Shown here: piece after piece, positions 40,326 to 51,235 of the stretch
Layout: every line of letters starts with the position of its first letter
Numbering within the stretch: the first letter of the stretch is position 1
Origin: Spirochaetia bacterium
GTDB taxonomy: Bacteria > Spirochaetota > Spirochaetia > WTKD01 > G963693115
Direction: 5' to 3'
Length of the DNA stretch: 64,000 bases
NCBI GenBank assembly: GCA_965226055.1
Contig: CBDDCA010000006.1
Span: forward strand, 512,001 to 576,000
Position numbers and translations under genes: made by a program
The notes under the pieces: generated by a model
Told to the model about the DNA's origin: nothing
The model's database searches: none
The model's input: only the letters and a program-made list of their open reading frames with translations

Positions 40326-42434
40326 TTACTTTCTTCCAGCTTCTCGTTCTTTAATAAATTTTGTACGCAACTCTTCTTGTATTGATTGAGGAACTTTCCC
40401 ATATTTCAAAAATTCCATTGAATACTCAGCTTTCCCTTGTGTTGTCGAACGAAGTTCAGTAGAGAAGCCAAACATTTCACTCAACGGAACTTCAGCTTCA
40501 ATTACGGACATAACTCCTTCATCGGTACTTGAAGTAATCATACCACGTCTTTGATTAAATAATGCCATAACATTCCCTTGAAATTCAGTGGGAGTCTCAG
40601 ATACTACTTTCATAACTGGCTCAAGTGCTACTGGGGTTGCTTTATCATATGCCTGACGAAACGCTCCAATAGCTGCCGCTTGGAACGCTGCATCTGATGA
40701 ATCAACAGGATGCGAAGCACCATCATCTATGATAACACGCACTCTCACTATAGGATAGCCTACGAGCGTTCCTTTTACCATAGAGATCTTAAAACCCTTA
40801 TCACAAGAAGAAATAAATTCATTAGGAATTACTGCCCCTTTAATCTTATTTACAAACTCATAATTAGGAGTATGCCCTTCTTCTAGCTCACGAATTGGCT
40901 CTATATATCCTGCTACACGTCCAAATTGACCCGAACCACCTGTTTGTTTTTTATGAAGATAATCAAATTCAGCTTTTTGTGTAATTGCTTCTCGATACGC
41001 AACCTGTGGTTTTCCAGTTTCTACCTCTGCTTTATATTCTCTTCTCATACGTTCAATATATACATCAAGATGTAATTCTCCCATCCCTTGTATAATTGTC
41101 TCATTTGATTCTAAGTCAACATAGGTACGAAAGGTTGGATCTTCTTTTGTAAAACGTGACAAAGCCTTTGACATCTGATCTGATGATTTCTTATCCACTG
41201 GGGTTACTGCAAGCGAAATAACTGGATCAGGCACATACATTGAAGTCATTGAGTAATTATTAGGAGGTTGACAAAAAGTATCCCCTGATGCACAGTCTAT
41301 ACCAAACAACGCTACAATATCTCCTGCTCCTGCTTCGTTTATATCAGTCATTGAGTTTGAATGCATGCGAATAAGTCGTCCAACTTTGAATTTACGCTTT
41401 GTACGCGAATTTATCAGCTCCATACCTTTTTTCACTGTCCCTTGGTAGATACGTGTGTATGTCAACTGCCCATACTGTCCATCATCAAGCTTAAATGCAA
41501 GAGCAACTGTTGGTTTACTATTATCAGAGTATAATGGAACTTCTTGCTCATCATTATCTAAATCAAGGGAAACATTGTCTATTTGATCGGGAGAAGGCAA
41601 ATACTTCACTACTCCGTCCAATAATGTTTGCACTCCTTTATTTTTATACGCAGAACCAACAAATACAGGACAAAATTTATTGCCAATTACCCCTGTTCGT
41701 ATCGCTCGATAAATAAGCTCTTCTGGAGCTTTTTCATCAAGAAGATGTTCCATAAGCTCCTCATCAAATAGCGAAAGTGATTCTAATAATTCATGTCTTT
41801 TTATATCAGACTCTTCTTTAAGGTGTTCAGGAATTTCTTCTATACGAAGATCATTTCCTTGTTCTCCATCAAAATAAATAGCTTTCATCGTTACAAGATC
41901 GACAACCCCTTCAAGTGCATCTTCTAACCCTATAGGCACCTGTACAAAATGAGCTTCAAGTCCTAATTTTTCTCGGAGCTGTTGTACTACCCTATCAGGA
42001 TTTGCTCCAGTCCTATCACATTTATTGATAAAAGCAAGTCGTGGTACTTTATAACGCTTTAGCTGTCTATCTACTGTTATCGACTGAGATTGTACCCCTG
42101 CCACTGCACATAACACTAGTACCGCACCATCAAGCACACGAAGAGAACGTTCAACTTCTATAGTAAAGTCGACATGCCCAGGAGTATCAATAATGTTAAT
42201 AGGATAGTCTTTCCATGTAACATTTGTAGACGCACTGGTAATGGTAATACCACGTTCACGTTCAAGCTCCATGTGATCCATAGTAGCCCCAACTCCATCT
42301 TTTCCTCGTACTTCATGTATAGCATGAATCTTCTCACAATAGAATAAAATACGTTCAGTGAGTGTTGTTTTTCCACTATCAATATGTGCACTAATTCCTA
42401 TATTTCTTAATTTCTTTATATCATACATTTCCAT
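40326..42434 (-). CDS. fusA: Elongation factor G
   Basis: [50 protein letters not shown]. Confidence 0.97.
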   Translation of the reverse strand: MEMYDIKKLRNIGISAHIDSGKTTLTERILFYCEKIHAIHEVRGKDGVGATMDHMELERERGITITSASTNVTWKDYPINIIDTPGHVDFTIEVERSLRVLDGAVLVLCAVAGVQSQSITVDRQLKRYKVPRLAFINKCDRTGANPDRVVQQLREKLGLEAHFVQVPIGLEDALEGVVDLVTMKAIYFDGEQGNDLRIEEIPEHLKEESDIKRHELLESLSLFDEELMEHLLDEKAPEELIYRAIRTGVIGNKFCPVFVGSAYKNKGVQTLLDGVVKYLPSPDQIDNVSLDLDNDEQEVPLYSDNSKPTVALAFKLDDGQYGQLTYTRIYQGTVKKGMELINSRTKRKFKVGRLIRMHSNSMTDINEAGAGDIVALFGIDCASGDTFCQPPNNYSMTSMYVPDPVISLAVTPVDKKSSDQMSKALSRFTKEDPTFRTYVDLESNETIIQGMGELHLDVYIERMRREYKAEVETGKPQVAYREAITQKAEFDYLHKKQTGGSGQFGRVAGYIEPIRELEEGHTPNYEFVNKIKGAVIPNEFISSCDKGFKISMVKGTLVGYPIVRVRVIIDDGASHPVDSSDAAFQAAAIGAFRQAYDKATPVALEPVMKVVSETPTEFQGNVMALFNQRRGMITSSTDEGVMSVIEAEVPLSEMFGFSTELRSTTQGKAEYSMEFLKYGKVPQSIQEELRTKFIKEREAGRK

Positions 42435-42557
42435 GATAATAATTCTCCATTCAATATATTTTTAATTTTGAGTATAGTATAAGTTATACAATTATATATC
42501 ATTATATTTTATACTACAATTCTATTCAAGGGTATCCCGCAAAATTGTGCCTTACAC

Positions 42558-42586
42558 TTGACAAAAAAAAAAAAAAACCATAAAAT
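42558..42586 (+). promoter_or_regulatory. Near-consensus sigma70 promoter TTGACA-N17-TAAAAT whose spacer is a poly(A) tract
   Basis: ttgaca (42558-42563), 14 further A plus cca, taaaat (42581-42586); A15 run 42563-42577. Confidence 0.85.
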
Positions 42587-42677
42587 TATTAAGTACAAGA
42601 AAATAAGATGTTTTAATTTTGGACTAATGAACATTCTGTTTGTTGTATAAACATTATATTTTATAAGGAGAGATTAT

Positions 42678-43583
42678 ATGAAAAACGCTAAGTTTTCAAA
42701 TAATTTAATCAAATTGTCATTGTTTATGATAATTGTAACAAGTTTGTTTGCAACTATAAGTTGTGAAAATAATGGTGTAGGGAGTAGTAGTAGTGCAGAA
42801 AGTAATTCAAAACTACCAGATATTTCCGATGTAGGAAGAAGTATTTCTTTGAGTGGTTCTAACAATGATTTAGTAATAAAATGGTATCCACCGAAATTTA
42901 CTAACAGCGATATAGCAGCAGATAATACACAACTAACTGCAGCAGATGTATCTTACGAGTTATATTATATAAAACAAGCTTCTGGTACTCCTAAAACTAC
43001 TGCTAAAGCGATAATAGATGCAGGTGCACAAAAACTTACTACAGTTTCAAGTACAGATTTTGGTGGTATCACTTTAGGTTCTAATCCTGACTATATCGCT
43101 ACAGCAACGATAAAAGCAAAAAAATCAGACAATACTACTGTCAACCTTGCAGCAGGTGAGACTTATGAAATAGCAATAATTGTGGTAAATGGCACAAAAA
43201 GATCAGTGGGAGTACGATTTGAAGTAAAATATCTAGCAACTACAAAACCAACACATGCGACAACACCACCTTCAGGCGTTCGATTTTTCACAGCTGTAGG
43301 TAAATCCAATGCGATTACAATTACCTTTACAGAACAACCTAGTGCTACCAATGAATATTGGATATATCCTAAAACGAAACCAGACAGTGGAAGTTTAGAT
43401 ATCGCAAGTGTAATTGCCGGCACACAACGAATAAAGACGGTAAGTTCTGATTATTCCAAAAACACCAAAGATATAACTGTCACACCAGGAACTTATTTAA
43501 TCGTAGTACGACAAGTTATTATTAAAAACAATACATATACATCAATTACAAGTGGTATAGTAGAGGCCACAGCAACAAACTAA
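42678..43583 (+). CDS. Surface lipoprotein with FN3-like domains, related to the 1520-aa protein
   Basis: FATIS-C lipobox, Ser linker; LVIKW.PP...LTAADVSYELY...TYEIAI matches the variant repeat of 10443-15005; RBS AAGGAG. Confidence 0.75.
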   Translation: MKNAKFSNNLIKLSLFMIIVTSLFATISCENNGVGSSSSAESNSKLPDISDVGRSISLSGSNNDLVIKWYPPKFTNSDIAADNTQLTAADVSYELYYIKQASGTPKTTAKAIIDAGAQKLTTVSSTDFGGITLGSNPDYIATATIKAKKSDNTTVNLAAGETYEIAIIVVNGTKRSVGVRFEVKYLATTKPTHATTPPSGVRFFTAVGKSNAITITFTEQPSATNEYWIYPKTKPDSGSLDIASVIAGTQRIKTVSSDYSKNTKDITVTPGTYLIVVRQVIIKNNTYTSITSGIVEATATN

Positions 43584-43769
43584 CATTTACTAGGATAGAT
43601 GTGTTTACACACAGCAGGTTTTAAGAATACCCCTATAAAATGGGAGAAGTATGTAGTTTTTAAAAAAGTTGTTATTGATAGAATTTTTATGAGTCCAGTA
43701 AAATTTTATTAGTAATGACTTTTTTTTACTATGTATAATATAATAATATATATATACTAGGAGGAAAAA

Positions 43770-44816
43770 ATGAGTAGAAATTATTGGTTACATAGGATTA
43801 ATGTAGAATTAGAGATATCTAGTTCTATACTACCAAAGAATAATATTTTATCCATTGGATTTTCTGATTTATCTACAAAAGAATTTATTGATAATAGAGA
43901 TAAATTTGATGAATATATTAAAGAGGAATGGGAAGGGCGGTTACCTCGTAACAGATATAATCTATGGAGATTTTTATTTGAAATGAAAAAAGGAGACTAT
44001 GTTGTTGTTCCTTTCTGGCATGAATTTTCAATTTATGAAATTGCAGATGATACTTGTAGAGCAATTGAGCAAATAGACAAAAAAGAATTAGAGAGCTGGA
44101 AAAATTGGGATGGCACACAACAAGTTATCCTAAGGGATGATGGATACTTAGGTTTAAAAGAAAACCCATCTAGGTGGTTAGATTTAGGCTTCTTTCGTAA
44201 AGTAATACCAGTCATTGAATGGGCATTAAGAGAAGATTTTGCAGATAGTGCTTTGACACAACGAATGAAAATACGACGAACAAATACAGATATTACTGAT
44301 ATAAAAGAAAGTGTTACAAAAGCCATTGATCTTTATACAAAAGAAAAACCAATTAATCTTGAGAAAATTATTATGGGTGATATCCCTAATAATGTTTTAT
44401 CAATAATAACAAAAGAGCTAAATCCAAATAAATTGGAAAATTTAGTTAAAAAGTACCTAGAGAAAAGTGGAGCAACAGAAGTTCAAAAGCCTGCTAAAAA
44501 TGAAAAAAACAAAGCAGGTGACGCAGATGTCGTTGCCACTTTTGAACCAATCAAAACTATAATCTATGTTCAAGTCAAATTTCATGAAGGAGAGACAGAT
44601 GAATGGGCATTGGAGCAAATTACAAACTATAGAGATTATAAAAAAGAAAACGAAGACGATGGGTATTCAAAGTTAGCATGGGTCATAACAACCGCTGAGA
44701 AATTTACAGACGAATGTTATAAAAAAGCAGAAGAAGAGAATGTACAGTTAATCAATGGAGAGGAATTTACTCAAATGATCTTGGAAGTAGGACTTTCCAA
44801 TTTAGGGAGTATATAA
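43770..44816 (+). CDS. Mrr-like restriction endonuclease (type IV candidate)
   Basis: C-terminal ADVV...YVQVK (D...QxK), VITTAEKFT, QLINGEEF; N-terminal FLFEMKKGDYVVVP segment; RBS AGGAGG. Confidence 0.8.
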   Translation: MSRNYWLHRINVELEISSSILPKNNILSIGFSDLSTKEFIDNRDKFDEYIKEEWEGRLPRNRYNLWRFLFEMKKGDYVVVPFWHEFSIYEIADDTCRAIEQIDKKELESWKNWDGTQQVILRDDGYLGLKENPSRWLDLGFFRKVIPVIEWALREDFADSALTQRMKIRRTNTDITDIKESVTKAIDLYTKEKPINLEKIIMGDIPNNVLSIITKELNPNKLENLVKKYLEKSGATEVQKPAKNEKNKAGDADVVATFEPIKTIIYVQVKFHEGETDEWALEQITNYRDYKKENEDDGYSKLAWVITTAEKFTDECYKKAEEENVQLINGEEFTQMILEVGLSNLGSI

Positions 44817-44838
44817 ACACACCATAACTTTACTTCAA

Positions 44839-44860
44839 TGGCAGTATACCAGTACTGCCA
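44839..44860 (+). terminator. Hairpin after the Mrr-like gene
   Basis: 8-bp stem tggcagta / tactgcca, 6-nt loop; no clear U tract. Confidence 0.4.
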
Positions 44861-44905
44861 CTCCTCCCTACACACATGGGTAACAATATATAGTATACTA
44901 ATGGC

Positions 44906-45259
44906 ATGAAAAACAATGTACGACTCACGATATTACGATATGCCTCCTATGGTGCGAGTATGGTATGGATAGCAACAGGGCTAATTATAATTGGAAGTAT
45001 TTACCTATCAAGTAGTGGGTTTTTTATAAATCTCATTATAGGAGTGCTATTTATACTATTAGGGATATTCTTTTATTCAAAAGAAAAAACATTACTGCAG
45101 ATACTCTCACAAAATCATGAAGACATACAAAATACATTGTACAAAAAAAGTATTAACGGAGAAATTATCCTAGCCATGCTTACGCTTTTTTTGGGGCTTA
45201 TGCTATTGAGTGCAGCTTCATCACGAGTATTTGTAGAAGGCTATCCTGTGTTTGGATAA
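44906..45259 (+). CDS. Small membrane protein (about 3 TM), unknown function
   Basis: Three hydrophobic segments in 117 aa. Confidence 0.65.
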   Translation: MKNNVRLTILRYASYGASMVWIATGLIIIGSIYLSSSGFFINLIIGVLFILLGIFFYSKEKTLLQILSQNHEDIQNTLYKKSINGEIILAMLTLFLGLMLLSAASSRVFVEGYPVFG

Positions 45260-45354
45260 GGACACATATACTCATAGCTCTATTTTCAAACAATAGCATT
45301 ATTTGATTTTTTCATCACTATGGAATATACTGTTTGTAAGCATGAGGATATACA

Positions 45355-46425
45355 ATGAAACTTGGCTTTAGATGGTATGGAAAAAATAATGACTCTATCT
45401 CATTAAAAGACATTCGGCAGATTCCTGGCACAACAGGAATAGTGTGGTCATTACATGATGTAGCAGCGGGGGAACTGTGGGATGAATTAAGAATACAACA
45501 AGAAACAGAGTATATAAAAGAAGCAGGGTTTTCCCCCGAAGTAGTAGAAAGCGTAAATGTACATGAAGATATAAAGTTAGGACTCCCCAGTAGAGATAGA
45601 TACATAGAAAATTATCAAGAAACTATACGCAGATTACAAAAGGTGGGAGTGACTACTATTTGCTATAACTTTATGCCTGTATTTGATTGGACAAGGACAG
45701 ATGTATATAAACAGACTCCCGATGGATCTACTGCGTTGTTTTATGAAAAATCAGTCATTGATACTATCAATCCTCAAGAACTCATTGCTTCCATTGCAGA
45801 AGGAAGTGGATCTTTCACTATGCCTGGCTGGGAACCAGAGCGTCTCAGTAATATAGAGACATCATTAAAAGCATACACACATGTCAATGAAGAAATACTA
45901 TGGAAAAACTTACGCTATTTTTTAGAAGCTATTATTCCTGTTGCAGAACAATGTAACATACATATGGCTATTCATCCTGATGATCCTCCATGGAACATAT
46001 TTGGACTACCACGTATCATCAACTGTCGAGACAACATAGCACGGTTTTTACAGCTAGTAGATAATCCTTATAATGGACTTACCTTATGTAGCGGCTCGCT
46101 GGGAGCTTCTAAAAAAAATGATATTCCTGCACTTATCACAGAATTTGGCAACAGAATCTATTTTGGACATATTAGAAACGTGAAGGTATTTGATAATGGA
46201 GATTTCATAGAAACTTCACATCGATCATGTGATGGATCTGTCGATATATGCAAAGTGGTACAAGCATACCATGATATTCACTTTAAGGGATATGTACGAC
46301 CTGATCATGGACGACATTTATGGAACGAAGATGCTCATTGTAGACCAGGATACGGACTGTATGACAGAGCATTAGGGGCCATGTATATTTGGGGAATCTG
46401 GGACACTTTACAGAAAATAAAATAA
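45355..46425 (+). CDS. uxuA: Mannonate dehydratase
   Basis: MKLGFRWYG, VVESVNVHEDIK, CYNFMPVFDWTRT, AIHPDDPP, RPDHGR, PGYGLYDRALG. Confidence 0.96.
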   Translation: MKLGFRWYGKNNDSISLKDIRQIPGTTGIVWSLHDVAAGELWDELRIQQETEYIKEAGFSPEVVESVNVHEDIKLGLPSRDRYIENYQETIRRLQKVGVTTICYNFMPVFDWTRTDVYKQTPDGSTALFYEKSVIDTINPQELIASIAEGSGSFTMPGWEPERLSNIETSLKAYTHVNEEILWKNLRYFLEAIIPVAEQCNIHMAIHPDDPPWNIFGLPRIINCRDNIARFLQLVDNPYNGLTLCSGSLGASKKNDIPALITEFGNRIYFGHIRNVKVFDNGDFIETSHRSCDGSVDICKVVQAYHDIHFKGYVRPDHGRHLWNEDAHCRPGYGLYDRALGAMYIWGIWDTLQKIK

Positions 46426-46439
46426 TATACGGAGATACT

Positions 46440-47276
46440 ATGAAAGTAAACTTACAAGGAAAAATAGCAGTTATTACAGGAGGCAGTGGATACCTCTGCT
46501 CAGAAATGGGCATGGCGCTTTCTCGTAATGGTGCGAGCGTTATTGTTCTTGGGCGTAAACAAGAAAAAATTGATCAAGCAGTGGAGGCTATCACACAGGC
46601 AGGAACACAGGCAAGAGGACTATCTGTAGATGTAACACAAAAAGAAGCACTGCAAGAAGCGTATAATACTATTGTACAGCAATGGGGAACATGTGATATT
46701 CTCATCAATGGTGCTGGAGGAAACAGTCCAAAGGTAAGCAGTCCCGAAGAATTTTGTAGCAAAGAAACACTTGAAAAAACAGATAGTAATACTTTTTTCA
46801 ATTTTGATATACAAGATATAGAAGAAAATGTACGGCTTAATTTTATTAGTGCTTTGCAATGTACTCAATTATTTGCAAAAGATATGGTAAAAAAAGGAGA
46901 GGGTTCTGTTATCAATATATCTTCTATGGCAACAATAAATGCTATTACCCGTGTAGCAAGCTACAGTGCCTCTAAAGCTGCCTTAGATAATCTTACCCAT
47001 TGGCTAGCTGTGTACTTTAGCAAAGTAGGTATTCGAGTAAATGCAATTTCACCAGGATTTTTTATTGGAGAACAAAATAAAAGACTTCTTCTTGAAGAGG
47101 ATGGTACATATACAGAGAGAGGGAATAAAATTATTCGTAATACTCCTATGGAACGGTTTGGGGTTGCTGAAGAATTAACCAGTACATTGTTGTATTTGGT
47201 ATCAGATGAATCAAAATTTGTAACGGGACAAATTATAAAAGTAGACGGTGGGTTTAGTATATACTCAGGAGTATAG
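46440..47276 (+). CDS. uxuB: SDR oxidoreductase, probable D-mannonate oxidoreductase (fructuronate reductase)
   Basis: TGGSGYL, INGAGGN, YSASK, RVNAISPGFF...QN; directly follows uxuA; ATG 46440 after GGAG. Confidence 0.78.
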   Translation: MKVNLQGKIAVITGGSGYLCSEMGMALSRNGASVIVLGRKQEKIDQAVEAITQAGTQARGLSVDVTQKEALQEAYNTIVQQWGTCDILINGAGGNSPKVSSPEEFCSKETLEKTDSNTFFNFDIQDIEENVRLNFISALQCTQLFAKDMVKKGEGSVINISSMATINAITRVASYSASKAALDNLTHWLAVYFSKVGIRVNAISPGFFIGEQNKRLLLEEDGTYTERGNKIIRNTPMERFGVAEELTSTLLYLVSDESKFVTGQIIKVDGGFSIYSGV

Positions 47277-47311
47277 ATTTTTCTCTTATTATTCTCCCCA
47301 TACAAAATATA

Positions 47312-48397
47312 CTATAACACATCAAACAGAGCAATAGCATAGGTGTTTGCTATAGACGCAAGAGAGTTGTATGTAGATTCAGAAAGAACAATGCCTGTCT
47401 GCTTTTGTTCTTGCATATATTCTGCTTCTTTTTGTCCGTGAAATACTACCTGTTTGTGTGGCACTGATGGAGTTTCTATGAACGCTTCAAGCATAGCATC
47501 CATATCCCTCTTAAAATCACTCACAGTACGAAAATGCTCTATGTTGATAACAATAAAGGTGTGTGCTGATTTACCAGCTGCTTTTTCTGTATCTTTTATT
47601 TGATAGCTTGCTTGATACCCCGATAATATACCCGTAAGTATATCTACCATAACAGATAACCCGTACCCTTTATGGCCACCAAAAAGCGTATCAAAGCCTC
47701 CTAATGGCACTAGTCCTCCACTATCATTATTGAGTGCCTGTATAACTTCACTTGCATCTGTCATATACTCCCCTCTATTATTGACAGCCCAACCTTCAGG
47801 GATAGCAGTATGTTCATCTGCACATCTTTTTACTACTCCACGTGGAACAACCGTAGTTGACATATCTAATACAAAGTGTGGATGCTTTTCACTTGGGGCG
47901 GCAAAAGAAATTGGATTAGTGCCTAGTTTTGCTTTTGTCCCTAAAGTAGGTACTGCAATAGAAGCGGTGTTACTTACTACAAGCCCTATCATGTTCTCGT
48001 TTGCTGCTTGTAATGCATAGTACCCTCCAAAGCCAAAGTGGTTGGCATTCTTTACGGTGGTAATTGCTATTCCTTGTTTCTTTGCTTTATCAATAGCTTC
48101 ATTCATTGCGAGAGTGCTTGATATCATCCCCATAGTACCACATGCATCTATAGACACTATACAAGGAGTCGCAAAAAGCACCTTAGGAGATGATTGTACC
48201 TCTATCGTTCCCTCTTCTATTCCTGCTACATATCTTATTAATGCGTCTGTGCCATGGGAGGAAATTTTTCTTAAATCTGCAGCTACTAATACATCACTAC
48301 ACTGCTTTGCATGTTCATTGTCCATACCAAAATGACAAAGCACTTGTTCACAAAATAAATGTAAATTATGTTCTGATACTCGATACATCATACTCAT
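47312..48397 (-). CDS. Ldh_2-family (malate/L-lactate/ureidoglycolate dehydrogenase type) oxidoreductase
   Basis: ADLRKISSHG, NHFG, LGTNPISFAAP, VLDMSTT, GGHKGYGL. Confidence 0.85.
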   Translation of the reverse strand: MSMMYRVSEHNLHLFCEQVLCHFGMDNEHAKQCSDVLVAADLRKISSHGTDALIRYVAGIEEGTIEVQSSPKVLFATPCIVSIDACGTMGMISSTLAMNEAIDKAKKQGIAITTVKNANHFGFGGYYALQAANENMIGLVVSNTASIAVPTLGTKAKLGTNPISFAAPSEKHPHFVLDMSTTVVPRGVVKRCADEHTAIPEGWAVNNRGEYMTDASEVIQALNNDSGGLVPLGGFDTLFGGHKGYGLSVMVDILTGILSGYQASYQIKDTEKAAGKSAHTFIVINIEHFRTVSDFKRDMDAMLEAFIETPSVPHKQVVFHGQKEAEYMQEQKQTGIVLSESTYNSLASIANTYAIALFDVL

Positions 48398-48414
48398 ACC
48401 TCATATTATATATA

Positions 48415-49440
48415 TTACCCATCAAATACTACTTGTACTTTTAATGTATGTATATTGGGCTGTAGTAATAATTGAAACCCTGTACCTATATTTTCTAAGG
48501 TAACAGTATGAGTAATAATATTTGCAAGCGATATTTTCTTAGAAAGTAATAGATCCAACGCTTCCTTACATACATGTGTATATCGAAATACTCCTTTTAT
48601 CGTAAGCTCCTTTGACATAACTGCATTTACAGGCAGAGCAACTTGTTCAGCAATAGTACCAACTTGTACAATCAGAGCATGAACAGCAGCATGAGTATAA
48701 CATTGCAATAATGCATTAGGATGCCCTGCCGCTTCAATACATACATCAAATAGCATATCACATGCACCTGGCTCGTATGTGGCATCAACCCCTAACTGTT
48801 TAGCAAAATTCCTTGAAGTTTCTCGTGGATCAATAAGAGTACATGATTTTACCCCAAATACTCGTAAGACTGCAACAATAAGCAGCCCAATAGTACCTCC
48901 TCCAAATACAGCTACATGCTTAAAGGGGAGTGCATCAATTTTTGATACTGCTGAAATAGCTACCATTAACGGTTCTACTAAACATGCCTCATTCCAAGAT
49001 ATACTGTTTTTATCAAAGCGGAGGCAATTTTGTACAGGAACAACAACATACTCTTCAAAACCACCATCAATATGAGGATCACAACTCGCTGAGCCAAACA
49101 TTTTCATATTAGTACAAAAATTATAGTTGCCTTTTGTACAGTACGAACATGCAGTACAGGGCATTGTAGGATCTACTACTACTACATCACCTATTGCAAG
49201 TGTGTTTACCTTACTTCCTACAGAAACAACTTCTCCTACAAACTCATGACCAAGCACCAACGGTCGTTTTGGAACAAATGCTCCACAATACCCATGCTTG
49301 TAATACTCCATATCTGATCCACAAATACCAGCAACTTTTATTTTCAGAAGTACTTCTTGTGAACCAAGAGTATGAGGAGTTTCTTTCTCTATTATTTTTA
49401 GTGTTTGTTTTTGCACTAGCTGTTGTGCTTTATACAACAT
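48415..49440 (-). CDS. Zn-dependent sugar-acid dehydrogenase, L-idonate 5-dehydrogenase-like
   Basis: GICGSD, LGHEFVG, CTACSYC...C, MFGSASCDPHIDGGF, KELTIKGVFRY. Confidence 0.8.
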   Translation of the reverse strand: MLYKAQQLVQKQTLKIIEKETPHTLGSQEVLLKIKVAGICGSDMEYYKHGYCGAFVPKRPLVLGHEFVGEVVSVGSKVNTLAIGDVVVVDPTMPCTACSYCTKGNYNFCTNMKMFGSASCDPHIDGGFEEYVVVPVQNCLRFDKNSISWNEACLVEPLMVAISAVSKIDALPFKHVAVFGGGTIGLLIVAVLRVFGVKSCTLIDPRETSRNFAKQLGVDATYEPGACDMLFDVCIEAAGHPNALLQCYTHAAVHALIVQVGTIAEQVALPVNAVMSKELTIKGVFRYTHVCKEALDLLLSKKISLANIITHTVTLENIGTGFQLLLQPNIHTLKVQVVFDG

Positions 49441-49451
49441 ATACTTATCTC

Positions 49452-50726
49452 CTAATAGTTATACAATAAAGAAGGTAGCCATAACGAAATTGCAGGAAAA
49501 AAAGTAACTAATAGCAGTACTCCTATACTCACAAGAAAAAAAGGAAACACTCCTTTTGTAGCTTCCCATAGAGAAATTTTTCCTATACTAGCACCTACAA
49601 ACAGACATACTCCTACGGGGGGAGTAGTAAGACCTATCATTAAATTTAATACCATGATGATTGCAAAATGTATGGGATCTACTCCTACGGCTACCGCTAA
49701 TTGTAACAAAGAAGGAAAGAATACAAGAAGAGCTGCTATTGTTTCCATAAAAGCCCCAATAAACAAAAGAAACACATTGATAAGCAGTAATAAAATATAT
49801 TTGTTTTCAGTAATTCCTAAAAAGAAATGAGTAATGACTGTTGGTATCTGCTCTATGGTGAGTATCCATGCAAACAAATTTGCAAACCCTACTAACAGTA
49901 AGATAGCAGTCGAAGTATACGCTGTTTCAAGTATCGATGCAATAATATTTTGTAATGACAGCTGCTTATATATTACTACCCCTACTACCAATGCATATAA
50001 CGCAGCAATAACAGACGCTTCACTGGGAGTAAATACTCCTCCTACAATACCAAATAAAATAATGAAGGTCATTAACAAAGACCAAAACGCATAGAAAAAT
50101 TCTCGCCCTACTTTCTTAAAACCAACCCATGCATGTTTAGGATGGGACTGTCGTACTGATATACTATACGATAGTATGAGCAATCCAACACCTAATAAAA
50201 TACCCGGTACTGCTCCTGCAATAAATAGCTTTCCTACTGACAATCCTGAAAGGGTACCAACAATTATCATAGGTAAGCTGGGAGGAATAATAGGCCCTAT
50301 AGTTGATGATGAAGCAGTAACTCCTACTGAAAACTTTGCACTGTAGCCCTCTTTTTTCATACCAGGAATCAATACATTACCTAAACTTGACACATCAGCA
50401 ATGGCAGTTCCAGAAATTCCCGCAAATATCATAGAAGCAACAATATTAGCAAGACCTAAGCCTCCCCGTACATGTCCAACAACAGCATTACTAAATGCAA
50501 TAATTCTATCGGTCATAGATCCTTTGCTCATTAAGTTTCCTGCTAGTAAAAACCCCGGTATAGAGAGCAGTACAAACACATCAATGCCACTATAAATCTT
50601 TTGAGTAGCAATAACTAAGGGAATATCATGAGCAATTAAATATATAATGGAAGAAAATCCTAGTGCAAATACAACAGGAACACCTATAAACAAACAAATA
50701 ATAAAAATTGAAAATAACAGTACCAT
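49452..50726 (-). CDS. dctM: TRAP transporter large permease
   Basis: FAGISGTAIAD, IIPPS, GVFTPSEA, IGLTTPPVG. Confidence 0.93.
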   Translation of the reverse strand: MVLLFSIFIICLFIGVPVVFALGFSSIIYLIAHDIPLVIATQKIYSGIDVFVLLSIPGFLLAGNLMSKGSMTDRIIAFSNAVVGHVRGGLGLANIVASMIFAGISGTAIADVSSLGNVLIPGMKKEGYSAKFSVGVTASSSTIGPIIPPSLPMIIVGTLSGLSVGKLFIAGAVPGILLGVGLLILSYSISVRQSHPKHAWVGFKKVGREFFYAFWSLLMTFIILFGIVGGVFTPSEASVIAALYALVVGVVIYKQLSLQNIIASILETAYTSTAILLLVGFANLFAWILTIEQIPTVITHFFLGITENKYILLLLINVFLLFIGAFMETIAALLVFFPSLLQLAVAVGVDPIHFAIIMVLNLMIGLTTPPVGVCLFVGASIGKISLWEATKGVFPFFLVSIGVLLLVTFFPAISLWLPSLLYNY

Positions 50727-50729
50727 GCT

Positions 50730-51194
50730 TTATACTTTTTTTATTACATACTGATACAGTTGATATAATTGTGCTACGAGTATAGTAATAGGCAGTATCA
50801 TCATACTTGAGAAAATGATACTCATAGGAATAAACAGTACTGCAGAAGTTTGTTGTATTCCCACCGCAATCATAGGAAACGAGTATATGAGTAAGACAAT
50901 CATAGTGAAGGCAATAATACTATGCACAAGCATTTTTATGAGAACATAGTGCCATGCATTATTTTTTTTACTGTGCATTACTAGTATATCTACACTAATA
51001 AACATATCTTTATAGAACGCTACTCCAGCACCAAAAGACACAAGAAATAACAGAGAAAAGCGTGCTAATTCTTCTGTCCAGCTTGGTGCTTGTGGTAATA
51101 AGAATCGTGCAAATACTTGAAGAGACACGATTCCCATTATACTTACGAGAAGAACAATAAGTATTGTTTTTATAACATACTTACAATACCGCAT
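50730..51194 (-). CDS. dctQ: TRAP transporter small permease
   Basis: Four TM segments, QVFARF...WTEELAR; start 51194 or 51218. Confidence 0.9.
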   Translation of the reverse strand: MRYCKYVIKTILIVLLVSIMGIVSLQVFARFLLPQAPSWTEELARFSLLFLVSFGAGVAFYKDMFISVDILVMHSKKNNAWHYVLIKMLVHSIIAFTMIVLLIYSFPMIAVGIQQTSAVLFIPMSIIFSSMMILPITILVAQLYQLYQYVIKKV

Positions 51195-51235
51195 ATTCTC
51201 TCTTATGAAGATATGCACAGCATATACAAGGTATA

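Noticed and set aside
40326-42434. fusA outside the rpsL-rpsG-tuf operon as a novelty
   Set aside because: A stand-alone EF-G paralogue is established in spirochaetes; useful only as a taxonomic hint.
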